Notes: generated by a model from the sequence alone, not told the origin. 52,507 nt of DNA from Planktothrix mougeotii LEGE 06226 (GCF_015207485.1 NZ_JADEWU010000005.1:1-52507), one strand, 5' to 3'; counted from the stretch's first letter, positions 20,756 through 31,084 are shown. Made by a program: numbers and translations.

Positions 20756-21263
20756 GAAGTATTATAAAATTCAGCCTTGAATGGATGTGCAGGAGTCAAC
20801 AACCCACCACTGACTTGAGTACAAGTACAGTGGGGGCTTGAAATACAGCCCTAGTTGACCCGCCTAAGTCTTAACTGACTCCGTTATTTAGGTCACGACA
20901 CCGGAAAATGCGTAGCTAGTTTTCCGCTCTGTCGCTGAGTATTAAACAACCATTTGGGAGGCAGTGTACTCAGCCGAAAAAGCCTTGATAACATTGGCCA
21001 AGCTAACATTACCCTAGAAATAGGAGGGGGAGAAATCCCCAAACCCAATTAAACGCCCTACCGAGGCGGGTCGAACCAGAACAATATCGGTAGCCTCAAT
21101 CCTGTAATCCCAACAGGTATGCCGGGGAGTTTCGCCACTTCTGAGGCACAACGGTTTCCTCCAAACCACAAGAATTCACTATGTTGCATAGACCCCGCCC
21201 TCCCTTTCCTCTCACCGCCAAGCTGAGTACAGCTATGGCGGGAGTCTCCAGGGAGGAAGAAAG

Positions 21264-22139
21264 GTGAAGCCGTTGAAGCATTCTAGTCTGCCTAAACAAG
21301 CCGAAACTGTCGCGGATGAATCAACTCAAGAGATTCCAGAAGCAATACGAGATGTTCCCGTTGTGACCGTGGCTTCCTCCCGACCCCCTCAGAGACCTGG
21401 ACTCTTCTGGAAAATGTTGGGGTTAGCCGTCGTGGCGTTCTGTACGGCTTTAGCCATTAATTATCAATTTGGAATTCTGTCTCCCAAAGCTTATATCCCC
21501 CTGATAGAAACTACCCCAGAAGCCAAAAGTTCTGTTACATCTTCCCCGTCTCCTAGTCCGAGCACGTCAGTTTCAGCGACACCAACCGCCCCCTCCCCTA
21601 GTGCCTCTCCAACCCTACCGGACAATTTATTAGGTCATCTCCCCTATGAAGAAGCTCCAGCCGCAGAGTTAGAAAGTATTACCCCCGATGGGAGTCATCG
21701 GTTACGCAAAGCTGCCGCCCAAGCTTATCAGGAAATGGAGCAAGCGGCTTTAGCCAGTGGGGTGAGTTTAGTTCCGATTTCCAGCTTTCGCACGGTTAAA
21801 GAACAGGAAGGAATCTTTTTTGAAGTCAAAGCCCAACGGGGACAAGGAGCAACCAAACGCGCCGAGGTAAGCGCACCGCCGGGATATAGTGAACATCATA
21901 CGGGTTATGCCATGGATATTGGGGATGGAAATATGCCCTCAACGAACTTGAGTGTTAGTTTTGAACAAACTCAGGCTTTTCAATGGTTAAAAGAGAATGC
22001 CGCTTTTTATAGTTTTGAGTTATCCTTTCCTAAGAATAATCCCCAAGGGGTGAGTTATGAACCTTGGCATTGGCGGTTTGTCGGAGATCGCCAGAGTTTG
22101 GAAACGTTTTATAAAGCCAGAAATCTGAAGAAAAGCTGA
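21264..22139 (+). CDS. D-alanyl-D-alanine carboxypeptidase (VanY / peptidase M15 family), membrane-anchored
   Basis: 291 aa; TM (FWKMLGLAVVAFCTALAI), Ser/Pro/Thr-rich linker, and the M15 motifs SEHHTGYAMDIGDG and EPWHWRF. Confidence 0.7.
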   Translation: MKPLKHSSLPKQAETVADESTQEIPEAIRDVPVVTVASSRPPQRPGLFWKMLGLAVVAFCTALAINYQFGILSPKAYIPLIETTPEAKSSVTSSPSPSPSTSVSATPTAPSPSASPTLPDNLLGHLPYEEAPAAELESITPDGSHRLRKAAAQAYQEMEQAALASGVSLVPISSFRTVKEQEGIFFEVKAQRGQGATKRAEVSAPPGYSEHHTGYAMDIGDGNMPSTNLSVSFEQTQAFQWLKENAAFYSFELSFPKNNPQGVSYEPWHWRFVGDRQSLETFYKARNLKKS

Positions 22140-22813
22140 TGAGAACGACCAGTTTAAACTTAATTGCAATTAGTGTTTTCTGCATAACTTTATCGGCGTT
22201 ATTGAGTCCGGTTTTGAATATTTCGCCGTTTATTCCGGCGAGTGTGACTTGTTTTTTATTAGGGGTGGCGACGTTAGATATATTTCAATTTCAAGGTCAA
22301 GGTGCTAATTTATTAGTAGATTGGTTAGCGGGAACCTCGGCTTCCACTCGGGAACGAATTTTACACCATGAAGCCGGACATTTTTTAGTGGCTTATTTGA
22401 TGGAAATTCCCATTCAGGGATATGCTTTAAATGGTTGGGAAGCCTTCAAACAGGGATTAAAGGCTCAAGGAGGGGTGCAGTTTGCTGATCAACAGTTATG
22501 GGAACAATTACAGCAAGGTCAACTTTCATCACGGGTTTTAGATCGTTATTGTACCGTTTGGATGGCGGGAATCGCCGCAGAAACGTTAGTATTTCAAAAA
22601 GCGGAGGGGGGATGGGAAGACCGAGAAAAAATTACCGCAATTTGGACTCAGTTAAATCGTCCGATGAGTGAAGCGAAAGTTAAAGAACGTTGGGCTATTT
22701 TACAAGCTAAAACCTTAATTCAAAATCACGAAACGACCTATTATCGTTTGGTAGAAGCTATGAAAAATAAAGCTTCTGTTGAAGAGTGTTATCAAATGAT
22801 TCAGGTTGACTGA
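22139..22813 (+). CDS. Putative zinc metallopeptidase-like protein (FtsH-like HEAGH motif), membrane-anchored
   Basis: 224 aa; N-terminal TM helices; ILHHEAGHFLVAYL resembles the HEAGHA zinc-binding motif of FtsH-type protease domains. Confidence 0.4.
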   Translation: MRTTSLNLIAISVFCITLSALLSPVLNISPFIPASVTCFLLGVATLDIFQFQGQGANLLVDWLAGTSASTRERILHHEAGHFLVAYLMEIPIQGYALNGWEAFKQGLKAQGGVQFADQQLWEQLQQGQLSSRVLDRYCTVWMAGIAAETLVFQKAEGGWEDREKITAIWTQLNRPMSEAKVKERWAILQAKTLIQNHETTYYRLVEAMKNKASVEECYQMIQVD

Positions 22814-22869
22814 AAAACAAAGTGTTGATTTTATGATGTTATTTTGTAAATAAACAATTTATTAAAATT

Positions 22870-23976
22870 ATGATAAATTATGTTAACATAAATCCCTATA
22901 AAATAACACTAAATTTTTTAATATTTTTATTACCCCTAAATCCGGCTTTAGCTTCAGAGACTGCTGTACAACCTTCAAATAATTTTGAAACGATTTGTTT
23001 AAATCAAAATAATTTAGAGGTAGAAACACAAAAAACCCTAGATTTATTATTAGAAATCTCTCAAACCAAAGACTGTAAAATAGCAAATAAAATTCTATCT
23101 CAACTGATTCAATTAAATTTGAGTGGGTATCAAATCAAAGATTTAAGTCCTTTAAGTTCTTTTTCTCAATTACAATTTTTGTATTTAAGTGGAAATCAAA
23201 TCTCTGATTTAACGCCATTGGCTAATCTAACAAATTTAAAAGTCTTAGCACTGGATGTCAATCAAATTCAGGATTTAACCCCGCTTTCTTCCTTAATAGC
23301 ACTAGAAACTTTAATTTTAGATACGAATAAAATTACGGATTTAACCCCGCTTAACCATTTGACCCGATTAAAAAGTTTAGTATTATTTGATAATCAAATT
23401 CGAGATATTACGCCGTTGCAATCTTTAGTAAGTTTAAAAAAATTAGCCTTACAGGGAAACCAAATTTCTGATATTACACCCCTACACCCCTTAACAAAAC
23501 TCAGCTATTTAGCCCTTTATGATAATCAAATTGCAGATTTAACCCCCCTCGCCTCTTTAACTCATCTCAAACAACTGCTCCTCTTTAACAATCAAATTAC
23601 AGATTTAACCCCCCTCGCCTCTTTAACCAATCTCAACCAATTAACTTTATTTGATAATCAAATTTCCGATCTTCGTCCTTTAGCAACCCTGACCAATCTA
23701 ACCGAACTTTACCTTGGAAATAATCCCATTTCAGATTTAACCCCCTTACAAGCATTGACGCACCTGAAAATCCTCAGCTTGTTTAATACCTCGGTTTCAA
23801 ATCTTGCACCCCTGCAACCGTTAACCCAATTAATCACTTTAGATTTGTATAATACAAAAGTTTCCGATAGTCGTCCATTGCAAAGCTTGACAAACCTAAC
23901 TGGATTAGACCTGAGAGGGAATTCCTTGACAGAACGAGCTTGTCCCGTTAAAACCACCTTAACCTGTCGTTTTTAG
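22870..23976 (+). CDS. Leucine-rich repeat (internalin-like, 22-residue LRR) protein with signal peptide
   Basis: 368 aa; about 13 tandem 22-aa repeats with consensus LxxLxxLxxLxLxxNQIxDLTP; N-terminal hydrophobic signal sequence. Confidence 0.8.
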   Translation: MINYVNINPYKITLNFLIFLLPLNPALASETAVQPSNNFETICLNQNNLEVETQKTLDLLLEISQTKDCKIANKILSQLIQLNLSGYQIKDLSPLSSFSQLQFLYLSGNQISDLTPLANLTNLKVLALDVNQIQDLTPLSSLIALETLILDTNKITDLTPLNHLTRLKSLVLFDNQIRDITPLQSLVSLKKLALQGNQISDITPLHPLTKLSYLALYDNQIADLTPLASLTHLKQLLLFNNQITDLTPLASLTNLNQLTLFDNQISDLRPLATLTNLTELYLGNNPISDLTPLQALTHLKILSLFNTSVSNLAPLQPLTQLITLDLYNTKVSDSRPLQSLTNLTGLDLRGNSLTERACPVKTTLTCRF

Positions 23977-24136
23977 CTAACCTATAGGGAATCACCGTGA
24001 TTGATTTTCTCCAATATCCCTAAAAATAGTGACCACATTGACTAAATCCCGAATCACGGCGCGATAAATTATATAAATAGAGTCAGGCTAGAAGTCAAAA
24101 ATTTTCATCCTTATCTAAAATTTAGGTGAATCAATC

Positions 24137-24517
24137 ATGCTTCAGAGTAAGCGGGAGAATCTTATGACCTTTGAAGAGATCTATCAATTTTTCCAAGAAC
24201 CCCCGCCTATCTATCTCAATAAAGAACTGGCGGTTTGCTACATCTTATCTGTCTTTCTGCGAGGGGACTCCTATGGAACCGAACTGATTGAACGACTAGA
24301 ACAAGAGTATTCTGCTTATCGATTATCGGATACGGTTCTCTATAGTGCCTTGAAGTTCCTCGAAAAACAAGGAACGATTACGGGATACTGGCAGAAGGTA
24401 GAAGGCAGAGGTCGCCCTCGTAGGATGTACCAAATCATACCGGAATACAAAACCCAGGCGCAAGAGTTAGCCCGACTTTGGCATGAATATACAACTCGTC
24501 GAGGTAAATTTGTGTAA
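24137..24517 (+). CDS. PadR-like winged-helix transcriptional regulator
   Basis: 126 aa; GDSYGTELIERLEQ ... LYSALKFLEKQG pattern typical of PadR family. Confidence 0.5.
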   Translation: MLQSKRENLMTFEEIYQFFQEPPPIYLNKELAVCYILSVFLRGDSYGTELIERLEQEYSAYRLSDTVLYSALKFLEKQGTITGYWQKVEGRGRPRRMYQIIPEYKTQAQELARLWHEYTTRRGKFV

Positions 24518-24563
24518 ACTCCCCATCGACGAGTGACCGTTTAAAAGTAGACTAATTTAATCT

Positions 24564-25097
24564 ATGATGATTCCCGTAATTCCTTCCACGTTTGTGTTGA
24601 CCTTGTTACTAGCAATTGGCTTATTCTTCTTTGTGCGGGCTGCGACCAAAGATCGAACCCAGCAGGAAAAACTAATGGCGGAACAAGCAGCAGACTCTTT
24701 GCTAACGCAAATTCAACAGTATTTCGCAGCACGAGCTTATCGTGTGACGAAATTAAATCGGGAAGACAATCAAATCACCTTTGAGGGGTTAGTTCGTCCC
24801 AGTTGGTTTCTAGCCATCTTCTTAACCCTATTAACAGCCGTTGGGCTGTTATGTTTAGGATTAGTCCTATCGATGGCTATTCCCAACCTTGGCGAACTGT
24901 TTTGGGGACTGGTGTTGCTTTCGCCCCTGGCGGGGTGGTTTTATTGGAAAGGTGCCGGGCGGCTAGAAAAAGTCTCTCTTAAGCTGGATGCTGTTCTCGG
25001 TCAAGGAAACCAAACTCAAAGTTTAATTACTGTAACCGCTCACCGAGACGAACTGGCAACGCTCAAACAAGCACTGCACCTCAAACCTTGCGAATAA
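24564..25097 (+). CDS. Hypothetical membrane protein (3-4 TM)
   Basis: 177 aa ORF with several hydrophobic helices; no recognisable motif. Confidence 0.4.
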   Translation: MMIPVIPSTFVLTLLLAIGLFFFVRAATKDRTQQEKLMAEQAADSLLTQIQQYFAARAYRVTKLNREDNQITFEGLVRPSWFLAIFLTLLTAVGLLCLGLVLSMAIPNLGELFWGLVLLSPLAGWFYWKGAGRLEKVSLKLDAVLGQGNQTQSLITVTAHRDELATLKQALHLKPCE

Positions 25098-25384
25098 TTT
25101 CATCTGATCCTTGCTAGAAGCAGGGACTCCTGGGCTAGTTGGGTTAAAAGAGAAGAAATTCAACACCCTTTTAACCGACTAAACCCCCAGAGATAGATTG
25201 CCTCCATTGAAGGTTCACCACCAGACCTATCCGGTTTTTCTCTCGCGCTGCCTTAATCTGAGTTAAGGACTAAAGCTCATGTTGATAATAGCTGTCACCC
25301 AGTTTCAGGACGCTAGAAAAATTCCGCATTTAGAAAACCCTTTACTTTAAGCATTAAGAATATTCAACACAGGGGATCTAGACT

Positions 25385-25708
25385 TCAAACGCTTTTGAGG
25401 GCGGAAGCAGAAGATAGGGGTGTTGCTTTTTCCACAAGCTGCTTTAAACTGGGGAATAAAAAATGATTTTCTTCAACATACTGAGCGCCAAACAGACCCT
25501 TCTCAGCCCAGAAATACCGATCTGTTGTATGCTCATTGCGTTTGACAAGAAGCACAGCAGGGGGAATAATTCCCTCGGCATGGATAAACTTGCGAGCAGC
25601 CGTTACAGGTTTATCTTCGCCACTGGAAATGCTATATTGAGGCACACATTCTAAAATTCTTCGTCCTTCTTGTCTACGACGGCTTTTACGCTTACGTCTT
25701 CTAGCCAA
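25385..25708 (-). CDS. Hypothetical small protein with extremely basic N-terminus (MARRRKRKSRRRQEGRR)
   Basis: 107 aa ORF divergent from the histidine kinase gene; Arg/Lys-rich N-terminus suggests nucleic-acid binding or a transit-like tail. Confidence 0.35.
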   Translation of the reverse strand: MARRRKRKSRRRQEGRRILECVPQYSISSGEDKPVTAARKFIHAEGIIPPAVLLVKRNEHTTDRYFWAEKGLFGAQYVEENHFLFPSLKQLVEKATPLSSASALKSV

Positions 25709-25809
25709 CTTGTTGACCTCCTTTTTAAGCAGGCGGGTTGTAAATATAGCTACAAAATCCGAAAGAAGTATATCTGTTCTAGTTCAAAATTTCAAGATGT
25801 TTTAATAGA

Positions 25810-27258
25810 TTGATACAAAATCAGTACACTGATCCCCCGGCTCCTCCCCCTCCTATGCTTACAGCGAGTTCTGAATTTGTCCAACTCTGTCGCACGCAAT
25901 TGTCATTGACGGCGAGTTTAGGTGCGTCCTTGAGTGTGGTGTATTTGGCCGAGGCTTGGGTGGATGAGGAACATCAGAAATTGATTCCGATCGCCACTTA
26001 TCCTGAAACCTCCCTGGAAGATTTGGATATTCCGGGTTTGATGCGCTTTCCGACAATGTTAACTCCAACTCTACCTCGTTTGTTAACAACAGAAGAAATT
26101 ACCAAAACCCGGATTTTGTTACCGGCGGTGGATATCAATGATTTTATAGAAGCTGAAGCACACCGGGAACAACCCCTAGAAGAAGAGAAAAGTTGGCAAC
26201 AACGCAGTCAAACCGTGTTACCGTTGATTCAAGAAGAGGTGGTCTTAGGCTTTTTAGTCACCGGACGCAATGATCGCTCCTGGAACCCAGAGGAATATGG
26301 CCAATTGCAAGGAATTGCCCATACCTTAGCCCTGGGTTGTATTTTAGATCAACGCTCCCAATGGTTTCAACAACAATTAAGCCAACAACAACACCTACAG
26401 GCGCAACAAGCCGATGCCCTTCATAATATCTTTCATCAACTTAAAAGTCCCCTCACGGCGGTGCGTACCTTTGGAAAATTATTATTAAAGCGGTTGTTAC
26501 CCGACGATAAAAATTATCCGATTGCCAATAGTATTTTACGAGAGAGCGATCGCATTCAAGAATTGTTACAACAAGCGGATCAAACTTTAGACCGCACAGA
26601 ACCTGCTGTAAGCTTACCCCTAACCGTTGATTCTGTCTTGGTTTCCATGCCTCCTGGGGAAGAAGCCACGTCTGCGTCCTCAATGTTAACTTTGTTACCC
26701 GCCTGGGATGAACTCGAATGGTTAGAGTTATCTGAGGTCTTACAACCGTTAATTTTATCAACCCAAGCCATCGCTGAAGAACGACAACTTCAATGTTTTG
26801 TTGACCTTCCCCCTAAATTACCCGTTGTCCAAGGGAATCATAAAGCCTTGCGGGAAGTCTTGAGTAACCTCCTCGATAATGCCTTAAAATATACTCCACC
26901 GGGGGGAAAACTTTGTATTCGAGTGCGACTAACTCAAAAACGCAAATCTCAACCCCGACAAGTGGGAATTGGCATTAGTGATACTGGCCCCGGTATTCCA
27001 CCCGAAGATTTAGCCCATTTATTTGAACGTCACTATCGAGGTGTCCAAGGACGTTCTGAAATTCCGGGGACAGGGTTAGGGTTAGCGATCGCCAAAACCT
27101 TAGTCGAACAAATGCAGGGAAAAATTGAAGTGTTCTCTCCGGTTAATTCGGTTTGGGTGTCCAAGGATATGCTTTCTCGTGGGAATACTCCTAGGGGAAC
27201 TACATTTATCGTTTGGTTAAAGGGTGTTACTCCTGATCAAGAATTGAACAGAAGTTGA
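25810..27258 (+). CDS. Sensor histidine kinase (N-terminal GAF-like region, HisKA, HATPase_c)
   Basis: 482 aa; H-box NIFHQLKSPLTAVRTF, N-box LSNLLDNALKYTPPGGK, G-boxes ISDTGPGIP and GTGLGLAIAKTLVEQMQGKIEV. Confidence 0.85.
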   Translation: MIQNQYTDPPAPPPPMLTASSEFVQLCRTQLSLTASLGASLSVVYLAEAWVDEEHQKLIPIATYPETSLEDLDIPGLMRFPTMLTPTLPRLLTTEEITKTRILLPAVDINDFIEAEAHREQPLEEEKSWQQRSQTVLPLIQEEVVLGFLVTGRNDRSWNPEEYGQLQGIAHTLALGCILDQRSQWFQQQLSQQQHLQAQQADALHNIFHQLKSPLTAVRTFGKLLLKRLLPDDKNYPIANSILRESDRIQELLQQADQTLDRTEPAVSLPLTVDSVLVSMPPGEEATSASSMLTLLPAWDELEWLELSEVLQPLILSTQAIAEERQLQCFVDLPPKLPVVQGNHKALREVLSNLLDNALKYTPPGGKLCIRVRLTQKRKSQPRQVGIGISDTGPGIPPEDLAHLFERHYRGVQGRSEIPGTGLGLAIAKTLVEQMQGKIEVFSPVNSVWVSKDMLSRGNTPRGTTFIVWLKGVTPDQELNRS

Positions 27259-27380
27259 TAGAATTATTTTTTCTTAACTGATGTTGTCTCCATCCCCAAG
27301 CCAATATTAAGCTTAAGAGTCCCAACAAACTGATCTAAAAATCCAATTTTCACCCCTTTATTTTACCCGGTTTAAAGCCT

Positions 27381-28010
27381 ATGAGTGCATCCAGTAGCCC
27401 TGATAATCTGATTAATAACCCCGTGAGTTCCTCTGTTCCTGTAGAACAAAATTCAGGTAAACCACTGCCTTATGTTGCCCAGGAAGATATCATTTATCGT
27501 GCTTTTGATCGCAAAACCGTCTGTCGAGTTTTGAGTCAAGCGCATATTTATGTATCCATTCGCTGGACAAGAACTCATCTTTATATTGGCATTCCCAGCA
27601 CCGTTTTAGCGGCTGTTGCTGGTGTGCAAGCCATCAGTGGGACTTATCAATTAGTGGCGGTGATTATTCCCGTTTTAGTCGCTATTCTTGCACCGTTATT
27701 AACCTTTTTAGATCCCAATGGTAAAGCGAATACCCATTTAGTCGCCTCCAGAGTTTATGAACAAATGGCAGATCAATATGATTCCTTTTTACTCAAATGT
27801 CGTTTAGAACCCCGACCCATCGAGGAAGAACTTAATGATTTAGTTCAGATTAATTCTGCCTATGGTGAAAGCAAAAAATCCCTTCCGGCTTGTCCTGAAT
27901 GGGCTTATCAAAAAGCCCTTCGCACAGAAAATGACATCCAAAAGCTGATTCCTGCTGAACTTAAAAAAGCCGGGAATTATGGCAGATCTATAGGCAATAC
28001 ATCTTCTTGA
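27381..28010 (+). CDS. Hypothetical 2-TM membrane protein
   Basis: 209 aa; two adjacent hydrophobic helices (IGIPSTVLAAVAGVQAI / LVAVIIPVLVAILAPLLTFL) flanked by soluble regions. Confidence 0.4.
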   Translation: MSASSSPDNLINNPVSSSVPVEQNSGKPLPYVAQEDIIYRAFDRKTVCRVLSQAHIYVSIRWTRTHLYIGIPSTVLAAVAGVQAISGTYQLVAVIIPVLVAILAPLLTFLDPNGKANTHLVASRVYEQMADQYDSFLLKCRLEPRPIEEELNDLVQINSAYGESKKSLPACPEWAYQKALRTENDIQKLIPAELKKAGNYGRSIGNTSS

Positions 28011-28131
28011 ATGGAGAATAAATTTGATCCCTTTAAACACCTTTTAATTTCCGTAGAGGCAGATTTGAGTTCATTTTTGAATCAGCCGATAAAACCAATC
28101 CAAAGACACTTCTACGGAATGGAGGTCTTCA

Positions 28132-28791
28132 ATGGATAACACACAATCTGATTTAGAAGGATTAGAAATTACCCCAGGGGAAATCAAGCATTGGAGTGGT
28201 ATCAATCAAAAGTTACTCTATCGACCCGCTACCGTTAAAAAATTATTAGGAGAAGGTTTAAAAACCTTTTTTATTTTATTATTATTATTAATCAGTTATT
28301 GGGTTTGGAGTTTAATTTTTCCAGAACTATCTTTAATTTTAATAATTATTTATTTAATTATGGGAGGACTATTAATTCTTGAGGATAGTGTGAAACTTTG
28401 GAATACCTTAACCCGTCCCCAATTCGTCAAACTGTGTCATCAAGTAGAGCGTTATAACGCCATTGTTAAAGCCTTAAAAATTTATGATCAACTCGATGCA
28501 ATAGCCCATCCCCCCGGAAAATTAAACAATCGAGAAGCTATTATTGCAGCTTTAAACTTAATTAGAACAGAATTAATTAAAGGATTAAAAATAGAACGAA
28601 CCTTGAAAAACTATCAAAAATTTATTCAGCAACATTCCGAACTGTTTGATCCAAATTTCACCGCCTTAACGGTCTTACAAACGGAAAAACCGACAACAGA
28701 ACAAGGAAGACTTCTATATCAAGCCTTTGAAATTGCTTCAGACGTTCATCAACAATTAAAACAACTTCAGGAGCAACAGATTTCCCGTTAA
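28132..28791 (+). CDS. Hypothetical 2-TM membrane protein
   Basis: 219 aa; two hydrophobic helices (LKTFFILLLLLISYWVWSLIF / LSLILIIIYLIMGGLLIL) then a helical soluble C-terminus. Confidence 0.4.
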   Translation: MDNTQSDLEGLEITPGEIKHWSGINQKLLYRPATVKKLLGEGLKTFFILLLLLISYWVWSLIFPELSLILIIIYLIMGGLLILEDSVKLWNTLTRPQFVKLCHQVERYNAIVKALKIYDQLDAIAHPPGKLNNREAIIAALNLIRTELIKGLKIERTLKNYQKFIQQHSELFDPNFTALTVLQTEKPTTEQGRLLYQAFEIASDVHQQLKQLQEQQISR

Positions 28792-28844
28792 GTGGTAGGC
28801 TGGTTTTAATATCCTGAAAATCCACCAATAACCTCAACACGATT

Positions 28845-30239
28845 GTGATAGGAACTCCAATGCGACCTAAAATTATTGTTCTCGATGATGACCCCACAGG
28901 TTCTCAAACCGTTCATAGTTGCTTATTGCTGACTCAGTGGGATGTGGATACCCTGCGAATTGGACTCGCTGACCAATCTCCGATTTTCTTTATTCTCACC
29001 AATACTAGAGCCTTAACACCCGAACAAGCCGCATCCGTTACCCGTGAAGTCACCCAGAATTTAAAATTAGCCCTCGCCGCCGAAGAAACCCGGTTTCTCA
29101 ACGAAAAATCTGGATTTGATCAGCAAAATCTGGGCCAGAAACCGGGTTTCTACGTGATGGTGGTCAGTCGTTCTGATTCTACCCTACGCGGTCACTACCC
29201 GGTAGAAACCGATGTCATTGCTGAGGAACTGGGCCCCTTTGATGCTCATTTTCTAGTTCCAGCCTTTTTTGAAGGGGGAAGGATTACCCGCAATAGTATT
29301 CATTATTTAATCATTGATGGAGTAGAAACCCCCGTTCATTTAACAGAATTTGCTAAAGATTCAGTTTTTGCGTATCAACATAGTTATTTACCCGATTATG
29401 TCACCGAAAAAACCAACGGTCAAATTCCATCGGAAAAAGTAGAACAATTTTTGTTATCTGATATTCGGGTGGGAACTTTACCTCGGTTAATGCGTTTAAC
29501 AGACAATCAATGTGTGGTAGTCGATGGTGAAACCCAAAAAGATTTTGATCAATTCGCCTCGGATATTATTACCGCCGCTAGTCAAGGAAAACGCTTTTTA
29601 TTCCGCAGCGCGGCGAGTATTTTAACGTCTTTAGCAGCACTGGGAAATCAACCGATTCCCGCAGAAGAAATGGCAAAATATACCCGAAATGGGAAACCGG
29701 GTGTCGTGATTATGGGTTCTCATGTTAAGAAATCCACTCAACAATTAGAACGATTATTACAGGAACCTGGAATAGTCGGAATTGAAGTGGATGTTTCCCA
29801 TTTATTAGAAGAAAGTGAGACTCAAAGACAGGAACTCCTACAACAAATTTTAGACCAAATTAAGACAATTCATGAGGAAGGTCAAACCCCAGTCATTTAT
29901 ACCAGTCGTCAAGAATTACAATTTGATACCGTAGAAACTCGGTTAGCGTTTGGGATGAAAGTCTCAGATTTACTGATGGATATTGTGCGAGGTTTACCGA
30001 CAGATATTGGATTTTTAATTAGTAAAGGGGGAATTACCTCTAATGATGTCTTGAGTAAGGGATTAGCGTTAAAAACAGCACGGTTACTCGGTCAAGTGTT
30101 AGCAGGTTGTTCAATGGTTAAAACCTCTTCTAACCATCCTTTATACCCCAATTTACCCGTTGTTTTATTCCCTGGAAATGTGGGAGATGCTAACGGGTTA
30201 GCAACGGTCTATCAACGTTTAACCCAACCCCAAAGCTAA
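28845..30239 (+). CDS. Four-carbon acid sugar kinase family protein (OtnK/YgbK-like, DUF1537/DUF4392)
   Basis: 464 aa; N-terminal IIVLDDDPTGSQT corresponds to the ADDFTGA nucleotide-binding motif of this kinase family; size matches. Confidence 0.55.
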   Translation: MIGTPMRPKIIVLDDDPTGSQTVHSCLLLTQWDVDTLRIGLADQSPIFFILTNTRALTPEQAASVTREVTQNLKLALAAEETRFLNEKSGFDQQNLGQKPGFYVMVVSRSDSTLRGHYPVETDVIAEELGPFDAHFLVPAFFEGGRITRNSIHYLIIDGVETPVHLTEFAKDSVFAYQHSYLPDYVTEKTNGQIPSEKVEQFLLSDIRVGTLPRLMRLTDNQCVVVDGETQKDFDQFASDIITAASQGKRFLFRSAASILTSLAALGNQPIPAEEMAKYTRNGKPGVVIMGSHVKKSTQQLERLLQEPGIVGIEVDVSHLLEESETQRQELLQQILDQIKTIHEEGQTPVIYTSRQELQFDTVETRLAFGMKVSDLLMDIVRGLPTDIGFLISKGGITSNDVLSKGLALKTARLLGQVLAGCSMVKTSSNHPLYPNLPVVLFPGNVGDANGLATVYQRLTQPQS

Positions 30240-30327
30240 CCCGTAGGGTGCGTAAGCAACGCGCACGCACCACTCCCTAATTAAACTTAATTAATCTACC
30301 AATAATCCTAAACCACGACTGACAAAC

Positions 30328-30900
30328 CTATGGCTTTTTCTTCTTAAAAATCCAAGCTATTCCCAGAACTCCTACATAAAAGAAGAACGCCACTATAAAA
30401 CTGATTATCACTGATATTCCAAAGGTGATGACGGGATAATCAGTCGCATATTGGCTTAATAATAGACCCGAACTAGAACCTGTAATTCCTCCCGCACTCA
30501 TTCCTGTACCGACGGCTAAAATTTTGATTTGGAGTTGATAATTATTCTCTTGTTCCTGTTTTTCCTGACGGCGTTGGTTTTCAGTTTGTTCAATTTCTGT
30601 AATTCCCCGAATAGATGCGATCGCTCGATCTACTAAAGTAGAACCCTCAACAAAATAGTTGAGTTCATCCTTAATTCGCTCTTGGAAATATTGACTATCC
30701 TCATTAATAAAAGCAAGAAAGAAATCCAATTTTTGTTCAGAATTAATCGGGTATTTTTCTTTTAATTTTCGTTGAATTTTTTTTAAAGTTTTTTGATAAT
30801 TTTTACTATTAATTACAATGGTTCTTAACCAGCTTTGAGCTTGATTTAAGGCTAAACTCACGGACTTTTCAGATCGAAACAGTTCATAAAACTTAATCAT
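30328..30900 (-). CDS. Hypothetical protein with C-terminal TM anchor, AT-rich
   Basis: 190 aa ORF; charged helical N-terminal region, Gly-rich segment, C-terminal hydrophobic helix; adjacent to the transposase remnant. Confidence 0.35.
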   Translation of the reverse strand: MIKFYELFRSEKSVSLALNQAQSWLRTIVINSKNYQKTLKKIQRKLKEKYPINSEQKLDFFLAFINEDSQYFQERIKDELNYFVEGSTLVDRAIASIRGITEIEQTENQRRQEKQEQENNYQLQIKILAVGTGMSAGGITGSSSGLLLSQYATDYPVITFGISVIISFIVAFFFYVGVLGIAWIFKKKKP

Positions 30901-30920
30901 TAAATATGTTCTTCGTTTTT

Positions 30921-31070
30921 TCTAAAATTATCTATTTGCTTATCAGTAACATTGCCAGTTAGCAGGGCTAAAATAATGATAGTCAACACTACCCATAATT
31001 CATGTCTTTTACCCCGATTTTTCCGAAAATCCTTGACTAACTTCAGTTGTTCAATTATACTGTTTAACAT
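30921..31070 (-). pseudogene. N-terminal remnant of an ISAs1-family transposase (DDE_Tnp_1-associated N-terminal domain)
   Basis: 49-codon ORF MLNSIIEQLKLVKDFRKNRGKRHELWVVLTIIILALLTGNVTDKQIDNF*. The KDxR..R.KRH.L...L.I...A.L.G pattern is the conserved N-terminus of ISAs1/H-repeat transposases. Truncated by a stop, no DDE domain downstream. Confidence 0.5.
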
Positions 31071-31084
31071 GATTTTTTAAAACC

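Noticed and set aside
20756-21263. Tested the ORF-free structured region as tmRNA (ssrA) or RNase P RNA (rnpB)
   Set aside because: No GGAAAGTCCGGGCUCC-type P4 motif on either strand. No tag-peptide reading frame ending in the usual ...(V/L)AA stop. No tRNA-like T-arm plus CCA terminus. Kept only as a generic candidate ncRNA.
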